This document shows positions 20,792-30,258 of a DNA stretch of 64,000 bases, one piece after another (positions within the stretch are counted from its first letter, which is position 1; each line of letters begins with the position of its first letter). The position numbers and the translations under genes were made by a program. The notes beneath the pieces are model-generated. The model was given only the letters and a program-made list of their open reading frames with translations. It was not told the origin of the DNA and ran no database searches. The DNA is from Bdellovibrionales bacterium (GTDB lineage Bacteria > Bdellovibrionota > Bdellovibrionia > Bdellovibrionales > JAUICD01), in contig OZ241865.1 of NCBI GenBank assembly GCA_965203275.1, forward strand, positions 2,112,001 through 2,176,000, given 5' to 3'.

Positions 20792-21359
20792 ATTTGTCTT
20801 CCTGATCGCTTGCCTTTTCTTCTGATTCTTCTTCTAAATATTCAATGAGATTTCTTTTTCGAGTCTCTTTTCTGACAGAAACCTGCTCTTGAATAGATGG
20901 ATTTTGTATAGTGACAAAAAACTCTCCATTATAACGGATTAAAGCCTCTGCTTGAGATTCTGGTGCAAGGACTGCAAATTTTTCTGGATTGAGTGGCGAT
21001 CGAATCAATTTGATCCTTTCTGCTACAGTTTTAATTTGTCTTCTCATACCAACACCTTGCATAGCAACTTGAGGGTGTAGTCCTGCATACAAATTAACAA
21101 TGGCATGTCCGCTCACTAAGGCATTTAAAGATTCAAAATTAGAGACCATAATAGGAATAAGCACGTAACCGTTAGGGATAAAAGTATCAGGAGATGCTTG
21201 AATGCCATCTTTTTTTTGAGGTTCTTTTGTATCATCTTGATAAGAGGTTCTACTTAAAAATAAAGCCAAAGCTGTGATAGCTGTGATCACAACTAAAATA
21301 TAACCTATCTTATGAGAAGATAAAAATTGCAATTCTTTTAACTTCATTTGGCCCTTCAT
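20778..21359 (-). CDS. Hypothetical protein, possibly CpaB/RcpC-like
   Basis: N-terminal TM; DTFIPNGYVLIPI resembles the IP.G.R.V.I start of the RcpC domain; near flp/tadE. Confidence 0.55.
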   Translation of the reverse strand: MKGQMKLKELQFLSSHKIGYILVVITAITALALFLSRTSYQDDTKEPQKKDGIQASPDTFIPNGYVLIPIMVSNFESLNALVSGHAIVNLYAGLHPQVAMQGVGMRRQIKTVAERIKLIRSPLNPEKFAVLAPESQAEALIRYNGEFFVTIQNPSIQEQVSVRKETRKRNLIEYLEEESEEKASDQEDKYEDL

Positions 21360-21371
21360 TCGGTCTATTTC

Positions 21372-21780
21372 ACTGGTTCACTATTTCACTAAAAGTAAAC
21401 CAGCCTTTGTTTCACTAAAAGTGGTCTGACCTCTGGTCACTTTCTGGCGATGACCACGATGGCTTTCGCCATCGATAAAATGGTCATTTGGTTCACTCAA
21501 AGTGAACTGGCCTCTGGCCACTTTTGGACGATGACCGCAAAGGCTTTCGCCTTTGACAAAATGGTCATCGTCTCAAAAGCCTGTTCACTTTGAGTAGGAA
21601 GGATCCTTTCCTCTTTTGACACGATGTTAAGGAAAAAGTTCCTTCTTACACCTTGAGTGTTGCCTGCAAAGGCTTTCGCCTTTGACAAAATGGTCATCGC
21701 CTCAAAAGCCTGTTCACTTTGAGTAGGGAGGATCTCTTCGTCTCTTAACACCATGTTAAGGAAAAATTCCTTCTTACACC
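21372..21780 (-). repeat. Family A cluster
   Basis: Reverse-orientation copies with CGATGGC/CAAAGGC apical hairpins. Confidence 0.9.
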
Positions 21781-21782
21781 TA

Positions 21783-21853
21783 CCTGCCTGATTGCCGGAT
21801 CCCAGTTCCCGGATGCCGGATCCCGGATCCCGGACCCCAGATCCCAGAGATCC
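21783..21853. repeat. RGATCCC heptamer tract (family C)
   Basis: gccggatcccagttcccggatgccggatcccggatcccggaccccagatccc. Confidence 0.85.
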
Positions 21854-21880
21854 TTAGAATACCCAAAATAACATAGTCTT

Positions 21881-22021
21881 TTAAGTCACCCACCTCCATT
21901 GTGCAATAGCCTTTGATCCTTTATTATAAATTTCTACAGAGGCAAAAAATAAAGCACATAACACAAATAAAACCATCAAAAGTTCAATTATACTTTGCCC
22001 TATAGAAGAATAGATTGCCAT
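21881..22021 (-). CDS. 46-aa prepilin-like (Tad pseudopilin) small protein
   Basis: MAIYSSIG/QSIIELLMVLFVLCALFF...; AGGAG RBS; overlaps the end of the upstream gene; absent from the ORF track. Confidence 0.75.
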   Translation of the reverse strand: MAIYSSIGQSIIELLMVLFVLCALFFASVEIYNKGSKAIAQWRWVT

Positions 22022-22752
22022 TTTTTATCTCCTTCTTTATTGAGTACTTGAAATACATCTCCTGTTATAGACCTAGAAGCCCGCAGGCTAGATCGACATT
22101 CCCCGTGAACAGACGGCAAACTTCCTAAAAAAACTTTTAAAAAAGAAGGTATAATATGAGCAGGTTGTTCAACCCATTGAACTTGAATGGATTGCTTTTG
22201 AGTAAAATTCCAAACTGTGTGATAAGAAGGTGCCAAAGCAGTCGGCGGAGATGCTACAACCGCTAATCTTGCTGTCGATGGAACCTGACTAGAAGACACT
22301 AATAAAGGTCCATTTATTTTGTATTTTAATACTCTTAAATGTTTTGTTGCATAAGCCTCTGCCTTTTTGATTAAAAACTTTTGTTTCAAAGCTAGCTTGA
22401 CTTGCCTAGCTTTAACATAAGCTAGCTTAGCTATTATAGCCGGCTTAGCAATAGGAGGTGAAATCTTTAAAAGATATTGTAATCTCTTAGCTTCTATTCT
22501 TAATTTTTTAGCTAAAGGATTAAGCTTTTGCAAATTTGCTAAAGAACTCGACATTTGGTTTTGAATTTCTAAAAGATGTTGACGACATAAAGATAAAATT
22601 TTGGTTTTCTCTTTTAAATATAAAGCAGATAAAGATAAACTCGAAATACCTGCAAGCAAGATAGGCAAAAAAATCAAAAAACTCATCAATATATAACCTT
22701 TTTTGCATTTGATCATCAACCTATTGTCTGCTTTTCTTTTAATACTTTGCAT
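22000..22752 (-). CDS. Tad-associated pseudopilin-like protein (TadG-like)
   Basis: KKG/YILM plus hydrophobic helix; in an operon with flp and tadE. Confidence 0.6.
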   Translation of the reverse strand: MQSIKRKADNRLMIKCKKGYILMSFLIFLPILLAGISSLSLSALYLKEKTKILSLCRQHLLEIQNQMSSSLANLQKLNPLAKKLRIEAKRLQYLLKISPPIAKPAIIAKLAYVKARQVKLALKQKFLIKKAEAYATKHLRVLKYKINGPLLVSSSQVPSTARLAVVASPPTALAPSYHTVWNFTQKQSIQVQWVEQPAHIIPSFLKVFLGSLPSVHGECRSSLRASRSITGDVFQVLNKEGDKKWQSILL

Positions 22753-23191
22753 AAAAAGACTCCTTTGCTGTAATGGCTGTGTGTGGAGGAAAATAAGCTT
22801 TGATAAAAGACTCTTGATGTTGAGAATAAGATTGAAAAGTCACTTGCACTTGATTCAAATAAGGTAAAGCTTGGGAAATCCACTTTTTAGATTGTCTTAT
22901 ACAATAATCAGAACTTATTGTATAATGTAAGCAAACAGAATTTTCATAAGCAATATGATGAAGATAGAGCTTGGCTTGATAAATCAGTGTCAAATATAAA
23001 ATGCCCAATACAAAAATTAAAAAAACACTTAAGGTGATTAAACTTTCTAAAAGTACCTGCCCCTTTGTATCCTTGAAGGAGTCTTGATACTTGTGTTGCC
23101 TTTTTAAGTAGAGTACAGTTAATGGATTGGTTTGAACCCTCCATTTAAAAAAACAATCTAAAAAAACAAAAAATATCCAATATAAATTCAA
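22739..23191 (-). CDS. TadE-like pseudopilin
   Basis: KG/QVLLE plus TM helix. Confidence 0.7.
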   Translation of the reverse strand: MNLYWIFFVFLDCFFKWRVQTNPLTVLYLKRQHKYQDSFKDTKGQVLLESLITLSVFLIFVLGILYLTLIYQAKLYLHHIAYENSVCLHYTISSDYCIRQSKKWISQALPYLNQVQVTFQSYSQHQESFIKAYFPPHTAITAKESFYAKY

Positions 23192-23481
23192 TTTTCATCC
23201 TTAGATTTTGTGGTTGCATTATTGAAAAAATTACTTAAGTCTTTTTGTTTGTAATAACTTTTATTAATGCTTTGCAAGCGAGGTTTTTTACTTTCACCTT
23301 TTAAAGCATGAGCTACCCTTGCAAATTGTCCTTGTAAATTTTGACCTAATACCTTGACAATACCTATGGAAGCTATTGCCATTAAGGCAACTAAAATAAG
23401 ATATTCTATTAAACTTTGACCTCTTTGCCTTTTACTTAATGTAGGATGATTGTTTTTCTGCCTTTTTTCTTGATGAAACAT
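23188..23481 (-). CDS. flp: Flp family type IVb pilin
   Basis: RG/QSLIEYLILVALMAIASI Flp motif; GGAGG RBS. Confidence 0.88.
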   Translation of the reverse strand: MFHQEKRQKNNHPTLSKRQRGQSLIEYLILVALMAIASIGIVKVLGQNLQGQFARVAHALKGESKKPRLQSINKSYYKQKDLSNFFNNATTKSKDEN

Positions 23482-23642
23482 AATGAACCTCCTAATGTTT
23501 TGCTGTTGTTGATTAATATGAGTTTGTAAAGATTACTTTCAAAATTTTAATAAGCTTTCTTCATTCAAAATATTTTTATCTTCCTTCAAATTTTCCTTAA
23601 GTGCTTTTTTAATTTCTGAATTGTTGTACTATGAAGATATAT

Positions 23643-23658
23643 AGCAAATGACATGCCA
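23643..23658 (-). promoter_or_regulatory. sigma54 -24/-12 promoter upstream of the flp operon
   Basis: Minus strand TGGCATG-TCAT-TTGCT. Confidence 0.65.
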
Positions 23659-23850
23659 AAATATTCTTTAAATAAAGGCACTTTTAGCTTGGATTTTGTC
23701 TTTTTTGTTGCCTAAAACCCGGCATTGCCGGATTTTAAACAAAAATTCATGTTGTTCTTTTGATTGGTTTGATTTGAAAAAATGTGTTTTAGATATAGTG
23801 GACTGATTGCATATTGATCAAGCTATGACATAACTGCATAGTGATTAAGG

Positions 23851-24600
23851 TCAAGGGTTTAAAGTTTGAAGTGAAGATAGTACATCTTTCATAGAATAAA
23901 GTCCTACTTTTTGATGTACTAACCAACGAGCAGCTACAATAGCTCCTCTGGCAAAAACTTTGCTATTGAGTGCCGTGTGTGAAATTTTTATTTGTTCTTC
24001 TTCTCCCATACACCATATTTCGTGGATTCCAAAAATACCGCCTCCTCTTAGAGAAAGAATATCTGGCATTCTTGATGAAAGTTTTGTTTTCATTTGATTT
24101 TGTAGTAAATGTGCTGTGCCACTTGGTTTGTCTTTTTTATGACGATGGTGTGCTTCTACAATTTGAAAGTCATAGTCTGAAAGAACTTTTAAAAATGGAA
24201 TGATCTCTGCAATAAGATTGATCCCAAGACTCATATTTGGGGCCCAAAGACAGGCTATTTTTTGAGAAGCTTCCTTCAAAGATACAAAATCTTTATCAGA
24301 AAGGCCTGTTGTGCCACTAACAAATTTCACTTGATGCTTCTTGCACCAGCTGATCAATGAGGCAAAGCAATCTTGTGAAGAAAAATCAATCATCATATCA
24401 ATAGATTGAGGATCCACTTGATCAATATGAGAAAATAGCTTAACTCCTTGAAGATGTGCTGGTTTTGTAGCAATGCCTGCCACTTGTATGAGATGAGGAT
24501 CTTTTTGAATAAGATGAAAAAGCTCTTGTCCCATACGTCCCGAAGCACCCATAACTGCTAATTTCATTTTAATAGGTTCTACCATTATTGTACCTTTCAT
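23851..24600 (-). CDS. dapB: 4-hydroxy-tetrahydrodipicolinate reductase
   Basis: GASGRMG, IDFS, GTTG, APNMSLG, EAHHRHKKDKPSGTA, FARGA. Confidence 0.95.
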   Translation of the reverse strand: MKGTIMVEPIKMKLAVMGASGRMGQELFHLIQKDPHLIQVAGIATKPAHLQGVKLFSHIDQVDPQSIDMMIDFSSQDCFASLISWCKKHQVKFVSGTTGLSDKDFVSLKEASQKIACLWAPNMSLGINLIAEIIPFLKVLSDYDFQIVEAHHRHKKDKPSGTAHLLQNQMKTKLSSRMPDILSLRGGGIFGIHEIWCMGEEEQIKISHTALNSKVFARGAIVAARWLVHQKVGLYSMKDVLSSLQTLNP

Positions 24601-24644
24601 TTATTTCTTAACATCCTGTTAAAGACTGTTAAAGACAAATTTCC

Positions 24645-25312
24645 TTCTGATGCCCGGTTGCCTGATCCTGGATCCTTTTGTCTTTTTACATGATGTTAAG
24701 GAAACAAGTCAATTGGTTTTTCACTCAAAATGAGCCACACCTCTGGTTCACTAAAAGTAAACTAGCCTCTGGCTACTTTTGGACAATGACCGCAATGGCT
24801 TTCGCCATTGGCAAAATGGTCATTGTCTCAAAAGTCCGTTTACTTTTAGTAGGGAAGGATCTCCTCATTTCTTAACACAATGTTAAGGAAACAAGATGTT
24901 TATTTCACTTTGATATTTCGCCATTGGCAAAATGGTCATTGTCTCAAAAGTCCGTTTACTTTTAGTAGGGAGGATCTCCTCATTTCTTAACACAATGTTA
25001 AGGAAACAAGATGTTTATTTCACTTTGATATTTCGCCATTGGCAAAATGGTCATTGTCTCAAAAGTCCGTTTACTTTTAGTAGGGAAGGATCTCCTCATT
25101 TCTTAACACCATGTTAAGGAAAAAGTTCAGTTTTAGGACCTGATGCCGGGTTGCCTGATTGTTTCCCTAAAATTGAACTAGCCTCTGGCTACTTTTGGGT
25201 AGCCAGCCCGACGACTTTCGTCGTCGATCAAAGGCTGGCTACCTCAAAAGCTTGTTCAATTTTAGGAAGGAGGATCCCTTCGTTTCTTGACAACATGTTA
25301 AGGAAAAAGTTT
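24645..25312 (-). repeat. Family A cluster with about 115-bp tandem half-copies
   Basis: ccattggcaaaatggtcattgtctc at 24805, 24921 and 25036; full copy at about 25160-25305. Confidence 0.9.
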
Positions 25313-25316
25313 TTTT

Positions 25317-25446
25317 TGATGCCGGGTTGCCTGATTGCCGGTTGCCGGATCCCGGATCCCAGATCCCGGATCCCGGATCCCAGATCCCGGATCCCAGATC
25401 CCAGATCCCGGATCCCGGATCCCGGATCCCGGATGCCGAATCCGGA
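25317..25446. repeat. RGATCCC heptamer array (12 perfect units at 25347-25430) with TGATGCCGGGTTGCCTGATTG leader
   Basis: Directly visible. Confidence 0.95.
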
Positions 25447-27038
25447 TTACTTTGAGTAAACTAATGTGGGGAACAGTAGCTTTATGGTGCGGGAGACTTT
25501 TTGGAAGTTGGTTAAACCATTTGCGGGTGTGACCTCTTCGTTTTTAGCCTGCTGGACACTTGCAGGTCCTCGCTTCTTTTGAGGCTTCCGCAATAGATAA
25601 TCACTATAACTTAAACCTGATATTTTTTTGTGGAGATTCCTTGCTCGCCTGCCACTACCTAAATTTGTATATCGACCATTCACAAGAGCATGGACATTCC
25701 CATCCTTATCCACCTTTATCACAGATGATCCTGCCAGTGGCTTTAATCCTTCTGCACCATCTCCGCTTGCAAAATCAGAGCCTAAGCCACCACTGCCAGA
25801 GCCTCCTCCACTGCCAGAACCTCCACCAGCAGAACCACCAGCACTTCCGCCACCAGCAAAGCTTACACCTTTTAATCCTAAACTTGTATGACCACTTAAA
25901 GGGTCGACCTTATTCTTAGCTAAATCGGCCGCTCTTTTTTTACATTGAGGCAATTGAGAGAGATGTTTACAAATAACTTCTATACCTTCTGAATGGCATA
26001 AACCACGAGTCGTTGAAGTTGGTAAAGAATTACACTCATCTCTCTTACACTCCGGACTATCTGGATCTTGTTGACATATTTCAGACGTGGCTAAGTCTTG
26101 TTGTGATTGATCTCCTGGACGTTTGTCCCCCCCCCCCCCCTGGGAAGCCTTTGTTTTAAGGGGTTTGAAGTGATGGCATTGGCATTCGTATGACCAGGAC
26201 CGGGGGTATCTGTCTTGCCGGCAAAGAGGCTATCTACACTATGGCAAAAATCTATCTTTGGATGTTGTTTGCAAAAGGCCACCTCACCTAGTTGTTGACA
26301 GAGGTTTTTTTTAGCTAGCGGAAGTTGATCGCAATTAGAAGAATCGCTTAGATCACTAGATCCACCCAAACCATCTACGCAGTCTTTAGCTTGCTTAATG
26401 GCATCTGTATTACGAGCTATCTGAAGATCGCTGGTTTTCTTAACACTGGCCCATTTGCTAGCACAGCTTGCCATACTCTTGCTAATAGCGGTCATCTCTG
26501 CCCAGAACATAGCTTTGGCCGTAGGTTCAATAGCAGCAGCGTGGGCTACTTTTGCATTTTTAAGGGCCATACCACAAGTGGTTTTACATGAGAGGATGGC
26601 CGTATGGCATTTGCCTGTGATGGATTGATTGATTTTTTTAGTTACTTCATTCATCTGTTGTACCAACTGGCACTGGTCCTTTTGACTTCCATTGCTATTA
26701 TTGGCCATCATCTGTTCGAAGCGATCTGTAACGGGTTTGGTCGCCGATGCATAAGCCTTCTGATTGCATGCTAAATCTAGGACTGTGCTTTGAATAGTAG
26801 TGCAAGCCATTGAATATATACCAAATCTATTGCCCTTTTTTGTTGCATCTTCCGCACCAGGTGGTGTAGATTGATTTGGTGTGCTATTTAGTGTTACTCC
26901 ATCTCCTGCATCACATAGAAGAGGATTCTCATCACAAGCTAAGCTTGGTATAGGAATAAAGACAAATATAAGGCCAATATAAATAATTAAACTAGAAAAA
27001 CAAAATAGATCTTTTTTAAAATACTTTTTGTTGATCAC
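25447..27038 (-). pseudogene. Secreted Cys/Gly-rich protein split by a frameshift at or near a G14 tract (ORFs 26091-27038 and 25447-25953)
   Basis: The frame after the tract is open into the downstream ORF and repeats the C-x9/10-C-x8-C-x8-C module seen upstream. Confidence 0.75.
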
Positions 27039-27091
27039 AAATCAATCCCCCTTTGATTTGAATGAAATAAAACCTCACCTACTTTAAAACA

Positions 27092-27107
27092 TGCAAGGGG
27101 GATGCCA
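27092..27107 (-). promoter_or_regulatory. sigma54 promoter
   Basis: Minus strand TGGCATC-CCCC-TTGCA, about 55 bp upstream of 27038. Confidence 0.65.
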
Positions 27108-27198
27108 AGTTTTAAGGCATTTATTTGCTTTTTAGTGTCTACTTTTTATCAAACTGTCAATATTTTAGATAATTAATATGCTCAAATATAAAATCATT

Positions 27199-28194
27199 TT
27201 ATCTATATTTTAAACAGAGTTGCTCAATGGTTTTTGGACCAATTTGAGTGGTACCAAAAATTTCTTGATTAAAATTAACTCTAGCCTCTTGACGCGTTTG
27301 ATTACTTCCATATCCTTTTATATATACGTACATATTTGCTTCATTTCTATAAATTTGATTATATTGTTGATCATATTCTTGTCCTTTTATCTGATTATTA
27401 CAATATCTTGATAAAAGACGACGATAATTACCTCTTATTTGATGGTCATATCTCACCTCTGCCAGGTCCATAATGGATCTGCCAGATCTATTCCTTACAA
27501 GACTATCCACACTTTTACCTTCATATATAAACGTCGCTATAGCCCGGGCAACTCCTTCTGTTAGTGGGGTTAAGGAATCTTGTAGGGCAATATGTAAAGG
27601 GCGATCACCTCTACCGCAGTCATAATTGACATCCAAACCTGGCGTACGCATCACAGCCTGCATACGGCTTGTGATTTGAGGTTGACCCTGCCGATAAAAC
27701 GACTGCCACCAACGAGGGTCACACAGGTTATTATGAGCTTCGGCCCTTGCTTCAAATCCACGTCTGACTTCATTGCACACACTGCGATCGATCCGGCCTC
27801 TATCACATTGGTCGGTGATCACTTGATTGGGTGTTTTTTGAGTGTAAGGGTCTTGATGATCTAAATTAGCACCTGCCCGTATCAATGCCAGGACCGCATC
27901 GGCTCTGCCATAATCTAATGCAAGCAGTAGAGGGGACGACCCACTTGAGCAAGATTGATTGACATTAGAGCCACCTCTGATAGCATTTGATATATCGTTG
28001 CTACTGGCAGAACTATACCAATCAGAATCACAAAGGTTAGTTGTTTGAGCTAAGGCATCCACCGAGCTTAAAAGCAAAGCCACTAAAAACACCCCTACTA
28101 TCTTCATACTGAAACCTGTTACCTTTGTACTTAAACTTACCATTTTTCCTAAACTTGCTACTTTCTTACTAATTTTAATGCTGAATTTTCTCAT
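27199..28194 (-). CDS. Secreted ankyrin-repeat protein with a duplicated NLCDxxW module
   Basis: GSSPLLLALDYG..LIRAGANLD, GDRPLHIAL; extended signal region. Confidence 0.8.
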   Translation of the reverse strand: MRKFSIKISKKVASLGKMVSLSTKVTGFSMKIVGVFLVALLLSSVDALAQTTNLCDSDWYSSASSNDISNAIRGGSNVNQSCSSGSSPLLLALDYGRADAVLALIRAGANLDHQDPYTQKTPNQVITDQCDRGRIDRSVCNEVRRGFEARAEAHNNLCDPRWWQSFYRQGQPQITSRMQAVMRTPGLDVNYDCGRGDRPLHIALQDSLTPLTEGVARAIATFIYEGKSVDSLVRNRSGRSIMDLAEVRYDHQIRGNYRRLLSRYCNNQIKGQEYDQQYNQIYRNEANMYVYIKGYGSNQTRQEARVNFNQEIFGTTQIGPKTIEQLCLKYR

Positions 28195-28239
28195 AATATC
28201 TCTCCTTCTTTAAGTTTTTTAATTGTTAAACAATTCCTT

Positions 28240-28280
28240 TTGATGCCGGCTCCCGGATTGCCAGATCCCGGATCCCGGAA
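28240..28280. repeat. Family C heptamer fragment
   Basis: tgatgccggctcccggattgccagatcccggatcccgg. Confidence 0.75.
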
Positions 28281-28384
28281 TAAATCCTTCCAATGCCTTA
28301 TTATGCACAGATTACAAAAGATTGCAAACAAAAACAACCCACATTGTAAAGGTTATAGGGTACTTTGTAATTTTTACATAGTCT

Positions 28385-29100
28385 ATTTCCCTAAAATTGA
28401 ACTGGCCTCTAGCCACTTTTGGGCAGTTAGCCCGACGGCTGTCGCCGTCGATCAAAGGCTAAGCTGTTTCACTAAAAGTGGTCTAGCCTCTGGCTACTTT
28501 CTGGCAATGACCGCAATGGCTTTCGCCATTGGCAAAATGGTCATCGCCTAGAAAGCCTGACCACTTTTAGTAGGAAGGATCTCCTTGCTTTTTAACACCA
28601 TGTTAAGGAAAAAGTTCCTTTATTGCATTGAGCTTGCTTTCCAAAAACATTTTAGAGGTATATCTTGTTTCCCTAACATGGTGTAGAGGAATAAAAGGAT
28701 CCTCCTCTACTCAAAATGAACAAGCTTTTGAGGTAGCCAGCCTTTTACGACGGCGGTAGCCGTCGGGCTGATTGCCCATTACCATTCGCATCCAGATTTT
28801 TTATTTGTAAGCACAGAATTTCAAAGCCAAATAAGATGAAGGGTTGTAAAAGCTAATGATATAAATGGGAAAGAGTCTGGTCTCAGGGCAATGATTTTGA
28901 AATTTAAGAAATAAATTGAAGATCCAGCTCAAAAGTGGCCAGAGGCCAGTTCATTTTGAGTGAAAAAAATTGAGGACTTCGGAAGGCTCACACTGCCCTA
29001 TCCTCAAATAAAAATAAAATGGAAAAGCAGAATCGAAGGGTGGTGGGTGAGGTTAGGGAAGTTCCTTCTGACCAGATCCCAGATCCCGGATCCCAGATCA
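28385..29100. repeat. Composite cluster: family A (minus then plus, one copy carrying the ~150-bp insert D), family B right half, heptamers
   Basis: ACTAAAAGTGGTC/GACCACTTTTAGT copy; ACTCAAAATGAAC...GTTCATTTTGAGT copy expanded by an insert; 28969-29060 matches 35600-35692. Confidence 0.88.
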
Positions 29101-29328
29101 ACACAATGTTTAGGACTTTATTTGAATTTAGACAAAAGCTATAAAAACAAATAGGGGTCTTTTATGGGATGGCAAGTTTTTATTTTAGAGATACTTAATA
29201 GGTCCCTCACAGATCAATCAACTGTCAAACTCAGGAGTTCTCACCGATTGAAGATGACTAGACTTTTATCTCGTAAAATACTTACACTTCATAGCCATTG
29301 TAAACGGCGACATAGCTATTGTGAATGG

Positions 29329-29922
29329 CTACATACCATAAGGAAATTCTTCAAAGTCTATACCAGAAGACCTCACTTTTGCAAGGGCTAGAGCGTATTC
29401 TTTTAATACGAGTAAAGAAAAATCTATTCTCTTATGTATAAGTTTGTCTTCTGGCGAAGAAGGTTTTGAATCATTTAAGATATTTTCTACATTTCTGATA
29501 ATGATATGATCTGGGATATAACATAATTTTGTGTTTTTGTAGCTACTAGATCGCAGTTCTGCAACTGGATAGGCCCCTCCTTGACCTGCTGAAACAGCTA
29601 CAATCAAAGCTGGTTTATGAAATAGCACAGAACTTGAAAAATGCAAAAAGAAATTTTTAATAGCAGGGGTGGTCATGCCACTCCATTCAGGTGTGATGAT
29701 CACCAAAGCTTCTGATTGGTTTATTTCTTGAGATAGCGATAAAATAGTCCCTTCATCTGTTTTATTAAGATGAGCTGTCCAAAAAGGCAGAGGGTTTGTT
29801 GCAAGATCAAGAATAAAAGTAGACTTAAACCCTTGATCTTCTGCTCTCAAAGCCACAAATTGAGTGACTTTCATGGATTGAGAATTTGTATTGTGACTAC
29901 CACACAGCAAAAAGAGTTTCAT
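29329..29922 (-). CDS. NADPH-dependent FMN reductase
   Basis: GSH..SQS, TPEWSG..PAIKN, SAGQGGAYP. Confidence 0.9.
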   Translation of the reverse strand: MKLFLLCGSHNTNSQSMKVTQFVALRAEDQGFKSTFILDLATNPLPFWTAHLNKTDEGTILSLSQEINQSEALVIITPEWSGMTTPAIKNFFLHFSSSVLFHKPALIVAVSAGQGGAYPVAELRSSSYKNTKLCYIPDHIIIRNVENILNDSKPSSPEDKLIHKRIDFSLLVLKEYALALAKVRSSGIDFEEFPYGM

Positions 29923-30258
29923 AGACAGTTCCTCTTATGTTTAAAAAATTGACATCTAAAGTGTATAACCTTATGGCAACATATTATCAAGGTCATAATG
30001 AAAAAATAATGATAATTATAGGAGCATCATAAGGCCCCATTTCAATCAAAAATTATTTTAACCTTTTTGCTTTTTTACCATGTCTCATTTTAATACAAAA
30101 GTTCTCTAATTATGTGTGCATTTTTTGCATTAATCATAATTAGGGGATAAGAATAGTCAATTTGCATATCAGCGACGAAGAATGAGACACCTGACTAAAA
30201 CATAAACAACAAAGCATCTGAGATTTGACTAAAAAATATAAAAAGTGGAGGATATTTC

